Assembly: GCA_964016885.1 (NCBI GenBank)
Contig: OZ024743.1
Location: 48,050,001-48,114,000 of the forward strand
Reading direction: 5' to 3'
Origin: Eledone cirrhosa
Taxonomy: Eukaryota
Length of the DNA: 64,000 nt
Below, piece by piece: positions 23,277-35,910 of the stretch (position 1 is the first letter of the stretch; every line of letters starts with the position of its first letter). The notes beneath the pieces were generated by a model. That model saw nothing but the letters and a program-made list of their open reading frames with translations. It had not been told where the DNA came from and searched no databases. Both the position numbers and the translations under genes were made by a program.

Positions 23277-23625
23277 GAAGGTGCAGGGCTTAGTGGTTCG
23301 AACATTGGGCTTGAATCGGAAGGTTGCGAGTTTGATTCTCAGACCGGGCGATGTGTTGCATCCTTGAGCAAGACACTTCATTTTGCAATGCTCCAGTTTA
23401 CTCAGCTGTAAAAATGAGTTGCGACATCACTGGTGCCAAGCTGTATTGACCATTGCCTTTCCCTTGGACAACATCGGTGGCATGGAAAGGGGAAGCTGGT
23501 ATACATGGGAGACTGCTGGTCTTCCACAATCACACCTTGCCTGGATTTGTACCTCAGAGGGGAACTTTTATAGGTGCAAATCCCATGGTCATTCGTGACT
23601 GAAGGGAGTCTTTGCCGTTTACCCT
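23277..23625 (+). mobile_element. CORE-like tRNA SINE with alternative tail
   Basis: Head as family B but a different 3' half. An inverted family-B head lies at ~23105-23232. Confidence 0.7.
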
Positions 23626-23659
23626 TTATATTTATATATATATATATATATATACATAC

Positions 23660-24132
23660 AAAGTCACTGGATCAAGACCTTTGTTGCTACACAGTAATAC
23701 AGAAGACCCACCTTCCCTACATACAAAGTTAACCAATAGTCAGTAGGCACCTCTTAACCAAATATACACCCCCAACCCACTACCCCTACTCCATCCTCCC
23801 ACTCCCACCAACCACCCTTTCTCTGTAAAGATATGTTGGTACCACAGAACATCCAGTCCGAACTAAAGAGGTTGTGTAGATGTCACAACAAAAAAGCACC
23901 TAATCCACACTATAAGGTGGTCATATAGGAGACATGGTAAAAAGGCTCCCAGTCCACATTGTAAATGTGGTTGGTGTTAGGTAGGGCATCCAGCCGTAGA
24001 AAACCTGCCAGATACAGTCCTATACAAGCGAGACACGGTCACCTGACCAATCTTGCCTCAAGTGGGACAATTCCCGTCTAACCCATGCTAGCGTGGAAGA
24101 TAGACGTTAAACAATGATGATGATGATGATGA
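23660..24132 (+). mobile_element. RTE LINE 3' end
   Basis: Homologous to 60800-61243; ends in (GAT)n. Confidence 0.8.
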
Positions 24133-24269
24133 TATATATTAGTAAGAAACTCTCAGGAGAGTGATACAACAGGTCTTCAGAGAAGAATCCCCCAACACAC
24201 ACACTCAAGCAATTGTTTTGGCCCTTATCTTCTTACACACTAAGCTGCATCCAGGTCATAACTCCTGGG

Positions 24270-24513
24270 TGTCCTTCTGCTGACATTTAGCCATTTAGAT
24301 ATCGGAGACTTGCTGTGTATTTAAACCGTATGGAGATTTTGTTGACAAGATCTAGCTGGAACTCTTTTCCATTGCCTCTGCTTTCAAACTTGTATTTGAA
24401 AGCAGAGGCAAAGGAGAGGAGTTCCAGCTAGATCTTGTCAACAAAATCTCCATACGGTTTAAATACACAGCAAGTCTCCAATATCTAAATGGCTAAATGT
24501 CAGCAGAAGGACA
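24270..24513. repeat. near-perfect 244-bp inverted repeat
   Basis: ~118-bp arms TGTCCTTCTGCTGAC...TTTCAAA / TTTGAAA...GTCAGCAGAAGGACA, ~6-nt loop, few mismatches. Confidence 0.95.
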
Positions 24514-25356
24514 AACTCTCTATATAGATAATATATTAGGTTTTCATTCTTTTAGACCACTCATTTTCATTGATTTAGTTCACTTTATGCCTATTGCCAC
24601 ACAGGACAAAAGTTCTCTACTTATCTGTGTTTTAGTTCATTATCTCTTGGTGTCTACCCCATTTTCCCTTTCTTTGTGGCAGTAAAGGAAGATTTCTATA
24701 GCAAGTTGGAGGTCATGTGGTAAACAAGTTTTAGTTCTTTTATTGTTCTGTTACTTGAAAGTAGATAATATTCACTAACCCATAACTCCTTGTGGAATCG
24801 TAGAGGCACTGTCATACGGCATGTCTAGGGCACTTTTAAACCTGGCAGAGCCCAACCCTCTCCAGGTTTGAACACAGCCAATTTTTTCTATAGAAGAAAA
24901 ATTGACCCCAGTACTGGACTGGTACTTTTTTTATCGACCCCCGCAAGGATGAAAGACAAAGTTGACCTCGGCGAGATTTGAACTCAGAGAGTGCAATGAG
25001 GTGGGACAAATACCATAAAGCATTCTATCTAGCATCTTAATGACTCTGCCAATTTGCCACCTATATTCACTATATGTATATACTTGTAACTCTTACATAA
25101 ATCATATGCATTTAGCACTGGTAACAAAAATACTTAATGAGCAGTTTTAAAAAAGGGCCCACATTTTACATCTGGCCTGGGCCTAATACTAACTTTATGG
25201 TGATGGTAGAAGTGGTACATTTCACACCTGTGACTAATGCTAGCTTATGTGAGTGCATGTGTAGGGGATACATTTTACATCTGGCCTATACTTGTTACCA
25301 ATTTGTGAGGTGGTTACATTTAACATATGGTTTATGCCTATAAATACTCTAGTTGC

Positions 25357-25710
25357 AGGGCTGGACTTTCACTTGCTGAGACCCTAAACTATATGAAATT
25401 TGAGGCCCTTCTCTCAAAAAATATCCAGGTAAAAAAAAAATTGAAATAATCATACATGATTATTTATTAATGATTACAAAATTAAATAATATATATATAT
25501 AAATCTATGTAAAAGGTAAACAGAAATAATATATATAAATGTATGTAAAAGGTAAACAGAAATAATATATAATAATATATATATAATTTTTGATGATTTA
25601 GTGTTAAAGAATAAAAGCTTTTTTTAAAAAATATTTTTAAAAATGAGAATTGCGAGGATGTGTGGCTCTAAGCTAATGCTTATTCAGCTTATAGTTAAGC
25701 CTAGCACCGT
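25357..25710. mobile_element. hAT-like MITE (degenerate)
   Basis: Starts CAGGGCTGG; possible 8-bp TSD TCTAGTTG/TCTAGCTG; contains a short internal tandem duplication. Confidence 0.4.
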
Positions 25711-26817
25711 CTAGCTGGTTAAGTGCTAAATGCACTACTCTGCCTGCTGGTCATGAGCAGAGTCCCTAGGCTTGTGTATCTTTATATATTGTAATTCAAG
25801 TGTTACATGTGTTAGTCCATCTGCTGCTCATCTATATATACTGTAGTTAAAATGAAACGAGTAAACAACACCACAAATTACTAATTAACTAATATGAGGA
25901 TATTTTGAGCATGACCAACAGAACAATCTACCCCTGTTGTTTGACTAAAGGATTCAGTTTAAAAATCTGAGATTATGATTGAATAGCAGACATCCAAAAA
26001 TGAGTAGAGAGTTCAAGAGTCAAAATCTATAACTACCAAGATATGAAGACTAGTCCAAATAAAGTAGTGTATGATAACAGTTTCTAATTTAGGCACAAAG
26101 CCTGCAATGTGTGGAGTAGGTGGATCAATTTAATCAACCTAGTACTTGACTGAAACTTTATTTTATGAACCTTGGAAGAATGAAAAGCAAAGCTGACTTC
26201 AGCAGGAATTGAACTTAAGACGTAAAAAACTAAGACAAATACTGCATCACAAAAATTCAGAGATGTAATGTATCATAAAAACAGAGTTATGCAGTATCAA
26301 AAAGTGTTAAAGCAATAAACATTTTTAAGTATGATATCTACCATCAACACCAGAAAATATCCACCCACTCCTACACAACACCAACCCCGAGGACAAATTT
26401 TTCTGACACCACATAAATAGAAAAGTGATTCAGTATCTGGGACATAACCTCTCTTGTGTTTGTTTCTTTGTTTCTATCACAATTCAAAATGAAATGAAAT
26501 AAAAAAAAAGGAGGTTATGTTAAGAAAAATAGAGAAACAGAAATAATTCATTTACATAATAAACACATTTAATAGAAAAAAATATTTATGTTTCTTTGTT
26601 CTACAATCATTTTTCTATGGTTTCATGATTGAGATGGTCCATTTGTTGTTTACATAAGTATCTTTATAATTAGAAGCCCTTGTGTTCTAATAACTCAATT
26701 GTGAAGTACTTTATAGTTACATGGCTGTCAGATGCACAATGCACAAGTGTGGTGTGTGTGAGCAAGGATAAAGAGAGGTTATAGAAACGGGCGGGGGGGG
26801 GGGGGCTATTTGATAAG

Positions 26818-27176
26818 TAGTTCCAAGATGAAAAATCAAGTTCTGCTCAATCTTGGTACTAGTGGCTGGGGATCCATGGTGTAAAATGATGCATGTAACA
26901 GAGAAGGGTTGAGTAGTGATTATGGGAAAAGATGTGATGGGTGATGGGGGTGTCATTTCCAAGTCATATCTCCCACAGCTGTTCTGCAAATTGGTCTGCC
27001 AAATGACACCCTTTTCGTCCAATGTATAAAGACCTACCAAAGCAAGACCAGAGGGCATAGACAATGTTGGTAGAGGTGCAGCTGAAGGAGTCACAGATGT
27101 GAAAGGAATGGTTCATACCAATGAGAGTGGTGAAGTTTGTTATGAAGGGACAAGCATTACAGCAAGGTTGAGACAG
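26818..27176 (-). mobile_element. Penelope-like element GIY-YIG endonuclease fragment
   Basis: CNACPFI...SFSCTSTNIVYAL...LYIGRKGCHLADQFAE...GNDTPITHH, then frameshifted EQNLIFHLGT. Confidence 0.8.
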
Positions 27177-27340
27177 CTAATCTGGGGCTAAACAGCAAAC
27201 CACAAGTTTTGTAATCATTCAGCCTGCTAGATATAGCAGCCAAATCTCTCTGAAATTACTACTGTTGTTTAAAAAAAAAAAATAAAAAAAAAATACAAGT
27301 TTAAAAAATCCATGAGATGGTTGCGGTTTGAATGGCATCT

Positions 27341-27569
27341 TTAACCCTTTACCATTTACATTACTCTATATACACTATTGTATTTTTAGAGTAAAAGCTT
27401 TATCTTACATAATTATCTCACATAATATCAAATCTTCGAGATTTTGATGTTATCTATTTTGAGAACAATACCTTATCATCAATATGAGCAACCAGTTATG
27501 GCTGGTTTGAGCAGAAAGAGGTAAGAGAATTCTCGCCAGATATGTCAAGTTTAAATGCTAAAGGGTTAA
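27341..27569 (+). mobile_element. piggyBac-type MITE family 1
   Basis: TTAA-flanked, CCCTTT/AAAGGG termini. Confidence 0.75.
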
Positions 27570-27748
27570 CCATAGGTTTGCTATATCAGGGATAACTTGT
27601 GGATAAACCAAAACAAAATCTGTTGTTGGTTAACCCAGCTATATTGTAACCCATAATACATTATTCCAGTGTCTTTTCCTTTTTAGCACAGCAGAGTGTG
27701 GTTTGAGGGAGATGTGCTAAAAATAGCAGGGCAAACAACACTGTAGAG

Positions 27749-27965
27749 TAGGGATCAGCAACTTCTTTTGTAATAGCCCACTTTTGATTATTTTTTAGTT
27801 TTGCCCATGGCCAACATTTATATTATATACATATTACATATAAAAATTTGAAAATGTCCAAGATCCATTGAGAACATCGCAATGACCCACAGTCCACCTA
27901 CTGCCACAATGAGAACATCTCAATGGCCCACCTGTGGATCACAGTCCACCTATTGCCAATCCTTG
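27749..27965. mobile_element. hAT-like MITE (degenerate)
   Basis: TAGGGATCAGCAAC...ATTGCCAATCCTTG termini; approximate 8-bp flanking duplication. Confidence 0.4.
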
Positions 27966-28208
27966 TTACAGAGAATCCTTCAGATCAGAATGAACATCTT
28001 ATTCCGTTTATGTAAATCAAACAAGAGTCCATGGCTGAAGAAATTTAGAATTCAATCAAATAGGAATAAGAAAACTGTTATTTTAGCCAAGTAAAGTACG
28101 TTCTTTCAACCTATAAATAACTTTATGTCCAGTAATTATGATAGCCTATTATGTACTTCAACTTAAGTGATACTATTCACAACATGATTTATGGCAGTGT
28201 ATATAGTA

Positions 28209-28383
28209 TAATTGTTTCTACTTTTGGCACAAGGCCTGCAATCACCCAGTGCATTACTGGTACTTTATTTTATCGACCCCGTAAGGATGAAAGGCAAAGT
28301 TAACCTCGGCGGGATTTGAACTCAGAATGGCAAGGGCCGTAACTCTATGCGTCAGACCCTCTACCGATACTGCCAATCCACCA
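28209..28383 (-). mobile_element. SINE family A with TSD TATATAGTATAAT
   Basis: TSD at 28200-28212 and 28385-28397; small internal deletion. Confidence 0.85.
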
Positions 28384-29194
28384 TTATATAGTATAATATA
28401 TAATGGTGGATTGGCATTATATTATCTTAAATTTTATAATATACATCGTGCAATACATTTACATGCATTCTAAACACTTAACACAGATTTGAAGTATATA
28501 ACATAAGATAGCATAACACATCACCTTCAGCATGGGTTTGACAGAGTCATAACAGTCCAAACCAGTTCTTATTTAAAGTTACTGCCCTCTAATACAGGTC
28601 ACACTCAAAGTTCCATTTTGGTATGGTTTATACAGAGTATATTGGGTGAATATTATTGTGGCACCAGCACTAAAGAGTTTGTCATGTTTTCAATCACACT
28701 AAATACTACCCTATGTAGTCCCCGTTTTTTTCAAGGCAAGTTTGTGGCAAAATCTATGCAATGAGATTTAAACTATTGTTCCTCCAGTTGGTGAGGTAAA
28801 TCATGACCACAGACACTGACCTCTGGCCTCAGGAAATAAGGAAAGACAAGCTATTTCCTTTGCACAGTACTTGGTGTGAGCTACTTCCTTTGTGGACTTA
28901 TGTTACCAAACTTTCTGGAAGAATACAGCTTTCTCAGGCCATCTATTATTGTCAACGACAAGATTTTCATAAATAATCTGCTCCCTGCTGTCCAGCAGTC
29001 AGTCCAGTTCAATTTGTTCCAGCAACCAGAACCCTGTAGTTGCTAACAGTCTCACTCCAACTTCTTTGGGTTGGCCTTTTCAGTCAGTGAGCTGTTGACA
29101 GCCATATTGCTGTTCAATTCCAACAAAACTGAGTTCTATGCATCATCTCAGACTACAACAGTATTCACACAATCAGAACCCTCCGTGTTCAGAG

Positions 29195-30146
29195 AACGTG
29201 AAGCCGCCTGTGAGACGTGGGACCAGCTGGGACTTAGCCCAGTAGACCTCCCTCCTCCTTCTCCCCCTGTTGACGTCAAGTCCCCCCAACGCACTTGGGA
29301 TGCCATCCAGTGCAGCCTGGCCTCAGACAGGCTCACGCGCCAGCTCGACCAGACCGCCTTGCTTGTTTTCGTGCAGCCTCCAAACCCCACAGTGGTGCTT
29401 GGCTCCATGCCCTGCCCTCCTTCTCTACTGGTACGCAGCTAGACAACTATAGCCTGCGAATCCGCGTTTCCCTGAGGCTCAGCCTCTGGATCTGCCAGCC
29501 ATACCAATGTCGCTGCGGTTCCACTGTGGACTCTTTCGGCCTCCACCCACTTTCCTGTCGCCACAGTGCCGGCCGCATTCCACGCCATGCTGCCCTCAAC
29601 GAGGTCATTAAGCATGGCTTGGACACTGCAGGCTTCCCTTCCCAGCTCAAGCAGGTGGGGTTGGATCAAGGGGACGGCAAAAGGCCAGATGGTATGACCA
29701 TCTTCCCGTTCCACGGTGGCAAACCCCTCGTCTGGGATGCCACTTGCACCGACACTTTCTGCAGCTGCAACCTGGTGCAGTCTGCGACTGACCCAAGTTC
29801 TGCTGCACGTCAGGCTGAGGGGGCCAAACTCCTCAAATACCGGTCGCTTTCCGACAGGTTTGCGGTCGTTCCCCTGGCAGTGGAGACTTCTGGTGTCCTC
29901 AGCTCCAGGGCTACCTCCTTACTCACCACCATAGGCGCTGAGCTGGCCAGCAGCAGGTGTGAGCCCCGTGTGTTGGAGAGGCTTTTCCAGCGCATCTCCC
30001 TTGCCATCATCCGGGGAAACGTTTCTCCATTCTGTCTGCCGGGGCTGTGGGTGGGCCCCATCGCATACCAATACATTAGTTAAATAGTATTCTTTCATCT
30101 GATACAACACAATAAAGACTAAAGTGTTTTTAAAAAAAAAAAAAAA
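29195..30146 (+). mobile_element. 5'-truncated CRE-like non-LTR retrotransposon (RLE endonuclease) with poly(A)
   Basis: HSGAWLHALP, CRCG...HPLSC zinc knuckle, RHAALN, GKRPDG, WDATCTD, K..KY, PLAVETSG, FQRISLAIIRGN; followed by AATAAA and an A-tract. Confidence 0.9.
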
Positions 30147-30729
30147 TTCACACTATTACACACTGACTTTGTTGTTTTCCAGTGTTGTCAAAATAACTTA
30201 GACGTACGTTATTTCTTCATAAAATTTATTAAAGTAGCGCTGTTATTGTTCATTGAATATTGCTAATGGCAGCTTTACTTTCAACTACTGACTATGGCAA
30301 CGAATACAGCCACATATCGACTCACTGAGACACACACACAATTCATTTGCCATGAGGTCACAAACATTCATACAACACTTATATGGGAGAGAGAAATACA
30401 AGTCCAACACATACACTCACACAAAACACACACTCTCAATTCTACCACACTACAATGAACAACTGACCAAGCTTCACCTTTTACACACGCTTTCATTTAG
30501 TCACCATACAAATGAAATCACTAGTACAAACTGCATTTGGTGACATCAAACAATCTTCTCATCTGCTGCTACAATGTGTCAGAGAGTGTGATTTGAAGAG
30601 GAGTGATGGATAAAAGGTTAAATGAGAAAACAGTATGAGTGTGAAGGGAGGGCAGTACAGTGATGGTAGAGGAGAGAGAGGAACGGTGGTAGAGACATTG
30701 TAGTTGTTGGTAGGTGGGTAGCAATAGTG

Positions 30730-31194
30730 ATGTGGCATGGTTGTGTTTGTGTTACATTTTTCTTTTACTGTTTAGTCAGAGAAAGCAAAGCAGTGCTCAT
30801 AACTTTCTTCAGGGCATCCAAGACTATTGGGAGTGGACAGACTGGTTTTTCGTGAAGGGAGCATCGGTAAATACTTCCCGTCTTGTCTGTAGTCACACTT
30901 TTTCTCCTGGGCATAAACAAATCCTTGTATTTATAACTTCGTTGAAGTTAGAAGGTTGGACATATCATCTGACCTGTGGTTAGCATCTCCCAAGGGATTG
31001 GTCTGCCGAGCGTAAACAACCCTTGTATTTATAACGGTTGAATTTAGAAGGATGGATATACCATCTGACCTCTTTTCTGCCAGGCGTAAACCACATCTGA
31101 CCTGTGGTTAGCATCTCCCAACTAACAACTAACCACGGCTTGTCCCAGAGGCGGGAAAGCTCAGATTTGGTTTCGAATCTTCGCCGCCGTTATA
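30730..31194 (-). mobile_element. possible solo LTR with internal duplications
   Basis: Minus strand begins TATAAC and ends near CCACA. Repeated modules CCTTGTATTTATAAC...CATCTGACCT. No TSD found. Confidence 0.3.
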
Positions 31195-34144
31195 TATTTA
31201 TAGAGTAATGTGAATGCTAAAGGGTTAAAGCATTACACTCTAATAATTCTGCCAATTCACCACTTATGTCAACTGATTACGTAGGTGTGTTCCCATGAAT
31301 AGCTAGCAATGACAGGGTCTCATGATCATACATTCAATTACTACTAACAGGCTGGTTATTCAATTCAGATTAAGTCAACGTTTATATAAAATCAAATGTA
31401 CAAAGAGTCAAGAATAATAGTTTTTACAGATATACGTCAATAATACATTGATTTCATTAAACTTGACAGAGGTGCGGAAAAACTGATATTTCAAAGGGAC
31501 TCAAATATATTAAAAGAAAAACAGACTTTATAAAGGAGGTAAAACTAGATTATAGTTGTGTTTTCAATACATGTCTAAAAGATAAGCCCTACCCCATATA
31601 ACACACACTTCCTAGTCAGTGTATATTTATATATGCACATATACATATATGTACGCTTGTCGGTATGTATATATACACGGAGGTGTCATTGCGTACATAC
31701 ATCTGCAAATATACACACTTGTCAGTGTGCGTGTGAATATATATATATATACACACACACATACCACTTGAATGTATACACATATTTACATATGCACTTC
31801 TCGGGGCATATATATACCTATATACATATAAAACACTTACAAGCTCCCAAAATATATCATATTTGTTTACTTTATAGATATTAAAATCTAGGGAGAAGAA
31901 TACATTTATTTTTGTTTCTATAAGAGAAATTGCAAAGGAGAACGTGTTATTCAAACTCGAATCGGAGAGACATTGTATATTCAAATGATAGGAGACGACG
32001 TAACACGACGTTGAAATAACCACAATCCACGATGTAGTTTCGATTCAGAACTAACAAGTTCTCTTATGTCACCTAAGTATCCCATAAAAGATAAGAACAT
32101 GACAGCTTCCATTTTTTACCTCGTCGGAGAAAATTAGGTAAAGAACCGGTAAAAACCCAACGGTATCATGATCAAATCCTTCGCCTTCGAGCTTGTTAAA
32201 ATAAATATTAGAATATACGGTGTCAATTCATTCTATTATGCCGTCTACTGCTATTGAATGAAGACCCTACGTTAAAAACAGCAGTCAAATCTTGAAATCG
32301 CATCCTACTGCCTTGAAAAAAAAAAAAAAAAAGATTAATATGCTAGGTTACCTCTAAAAAGACAGGTGGCCAAGACTGGAATGCCTTTAATAAGAGGTTT
32401 GCTAGATCAGAGTTAAACAACAGCGGGAGGGAACAACCATATGCTCGTATGATCGCAAGAAATAACAGCCTTATTACCTCTCATCTTAAATAAATAGAGA
32501 AATCACTGGACAATATACATAAGGACGGGATGGTCACGGTTAAAATGTCTTAGAACATAGATCTGCTTAACCAGCTGACTTAAGGATAAACAGCAACAAA
32601 TTTGACTGTATTATAGGCAAGGTAACGCAGTAAATTAGCAGTCGTTAAAATGTCAGATAAAATGCCTTGCGGTACTTGTTCCAACTCTACGCGTTCTGAG
32701 TTCAAATCACGCTAATGACAACTTTGCCTTTCGGAGTCGATAAAGTACCTGTCGAGGGCAGTGGATTGGCAGAATTGTTAGTCTGACAAGATGCCTTACT
32801 ATATGTGTTCCGGGTCTTTACATTTTCAGTTCAAATCTCGCCTCATGATTCAAATGCCGCCCATGATATTCCATCACCCCTCACACACCAAGTGAAGGGG
32901 ACTTACGATAGATTGCAGCTTCATAACTCTCTGCAATGGGACAGGCCCATTTATTGTTATAACACTGTTGAACCATAGAAGATTATGAACTGTGAAGATC
33001 GAAACTCGCGATGCAACGCTTTCTCCTCGACTCTAAGTAAACTCAGTTTACTTAGTTCCATTCTTTGAGAATCCCTAGAATCATCCTCGAAAGCGAGGAA
33101 ACGCCGACAGTACGTAATAAGATAAATACTATTATGACCGTCTAACCCATGCTAGCGTGGAAGAACGGGCGTAAAACGGTGATGATGATGATGACGACTA
33201 GCTCTGAAGGAATGTTCTCGTCGAACAAAAATCCACAATTTAATTTCAATACCCAACTGAAACCATTTTTATTCATCTTTCCGGAAGGGAAAGCAAGAAA
33301 AAAACAACAAAAAAACAAAAGCTATCCTTTCATTCTGTTAAATAAATCGACAAGACAAGACAATGTATTTGATGTTTATGTCGCTTCAGTTAAACAGTTT
33401 CCGGGCTGGAATCGCTTCAGTGACAATATTATAAACACCAGTCGATTGATTATGCAATAAAATAAATCGTTTAAATAACGGCTTGTTTAGCCCCAGATCG
33501 ACATGATTGAACAGACCTATGATCAGGCATTCTAGCCGTGACCATCCAGTCTTATGTCCAGACATAGTTATCTCGAATTATATTATTGAACGTTTTTTTT
33601 TAATTTTAAGACAGTAATTTGAGGGGTTTGACTGCTGTTTCTAGCAGGTCGAGATACCGGGTAAACGATTCTTTAAGCAATGGTTTCGATTTACAGTTGT
33701 TACTATTTCATATCATTTACATTGCTAATGCTCCAAAGAGAAAGACAAACCTCAACCAATGTTATTTGCTCATCTTTCTCTAAATTTATTTAATACTACA
33801 CCACTTTTATACTTGAGTCACGAGGAAAACGTAGCGGGTAGTGACCTCTTTATATATGTATATATATATATATATTTATATATATTTATATATATATATA
33901 TATAAGAGGGTGTAGAGTCTGCGGTGCTGAGACTGGGGAGACAATTAATCATGGGAATACTCAATGCTTGAGGAAGTGCACAGTGGGTATAGAGATATGT
34001 AAAATTCCGACGGCTTGGCGCCGCGGTCAGGATTTTACATTATATATATATATATATATAACTAAGACATTAAAGGGGGTGGATGAAATAAATTATTACA
34101 TAAACGGATGCAGAGATGATTTAAATAAATGTAATAGCTCTCAC

Positions 34145-34428
34145 CTAGGAGAGTGACGTTCTGTTTTCTTAGAGCGGCAATTATCATCCATGGTTTGACA
34201 GCTGTTACACGTGGACGACAAAGATGTTGGATAAGTGGTGTTGGTGGCAGTGTGTGAAATAAACGGTCGGTGGTGGTAGAGATGATGGTGGCTTGCTCTG
34301 CTTTTACAGGCGCAATTAGGGTGGTTTGCAGTTTTGCAAGAAGGAGACGGTTGAACATTCGGCAAACGCAAAGTAGAGGGAGATGGTTGGGTGACGTTCT
34401 GGTGATTATCATTCATTCTGATCTTCAT
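34145..34428 (-). CDS. candidate first coding exon of an unidentified gene
   Basis: ATG-initiated open frame MKIRMNDNHQ...KKTERHSP ending exactly at an AG|GTGAGA donor. Non-repetitive sequence in a CpG-enriched zone (~31.9-35.7 kb). No recognisable domain. Confidence 0.45.
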
Positions 34429-35369
34429 TAAGTTTACCAGTGATTAAAAGAACAACAACAACAAAGCAATGCCAACTCCACTACTAAACCACCTTCCTCG
34501 TTTGTTTCCTTCTTTCTTTCCTTTCCTGATAACTGGAGGTCGCTATAAACTAATGTGTTCGTTTGTTTGTCCTATCACTTAAACATAGACACGGACAGCT
34601 GACAGAGGCAAGAGACACGCTGATAACAGTAACCATATCTTCCACATAACATTAGCTGAATCTCTCCACAATTTGACATGTCAATTCCGATATGTCATTA
34701 AGAACTGCAACAGATATATGTATCTAAATATCTATGTGAATGTATGAGTTAATAATATCTGTAGTGGTTAATAGATTTGCCAGTTTAACTCCATCAGTCT
34801 GTGAGTCTTGCAGAGTTAGACTAAACAACCTTAGAAGCCACACTTTCGAATTAACCAACCTCATGTTAAAAGACAATCACCTGTTACATATATGTATACT
34901 TTTATTCTTGAAATTTTGTTCCCGCGAAAACTATTTAAAAGCAATAAATTACCTTATTAACAAATAACTTCTTTCTCGGTTGATACCCAAGTTAGATAAT
35001 GTTTTGTTTTTTTTAGTTATATTCATTTATATATTTTATTTCTCACGCATAATTATTTTCGCTTCTGTTTCGTTTTCGAAGATTTTAGAGCACATGACCC
35101 TCCCAAAACACAACACTAAAGATTGGTTTTATTATAGTTATTGAAACTCATGAGATTATGATGATTGCGTGACTCATTGTATATTGTCATAGCTGTTCTT
35201 TATATTTCTATTTATTATTCATCGATCAGATAGGATTAGTTTATACATAAGCTGTAAATATCATAAAACAGCCGAAACTCCTTTTATTAATAATATACTC
35301 TTTTATTTTTACGTATTTCAGCCGACTAGCTGGAAATAAAATTTAGGGCATAAATACAATTTATATAAT

Positions 35370-35460
35370 TGTTTCTACTTTTAGACACAAGGCCAGCAAT
35401 TACCTAGTGCATTACTGGTACTTTATTTTATCGACCCCGTAAGGATGAAAGGGGTCGATA
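35370..35460 (-). mobile_element. 5'-truncated, 5'-inverted SINE family A with 18-bp TSD
   Basis: TSD AAATACAATTTATATAAT; inverted GGGGTCGATAAAATA at the truncation point. Confidence 0.85.
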
Positions 35461-35740
35461 AAATACAATTTATATAATGAATAATGAAAAACTAATAAAT
35501 AGTTTATAAAAGAAACAATTCAGTATAAAGATAGTCAGAAAGAGGAAAAGGGAGAAGGCGTGCATACGCATTTACACACTAACGACAGGAAATGTAGGTG
35601 TTGTCCGCTAAAAATAACTGACGGCCAACCAAAACACAGCATTACCGCGAGTGATAGCGAGAATAGCCAAGCACCCTTACGAACGTCAAATGAAATATTA
35701 GTAAGGTGGTTCGCCTTACTGATATTTCATTACAAATAAT

Positions 35741-35910
35741 TGTTTCTACTTTAGGCACAAGGCCAGCAATTATCCAATGCATTACTGGTACTTTATTTTA
35801 TCGACCCCGTAAGGATGAAAGGCAAAGTCAACCTCGGCGGGATTTGAACTCAGATCGTAAAGGGACGTAACTACGTCCGACCCTCTACCGATACTGCCAA
35901 TCCACCGCCC
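35741..35910 (-). mobile_element. SINE family A with TSD CATTACAAATAAT
   Basis: Defines the SINE 5' end as GGGGCGGTGGATTGGCAG. Confidence 0.88.
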
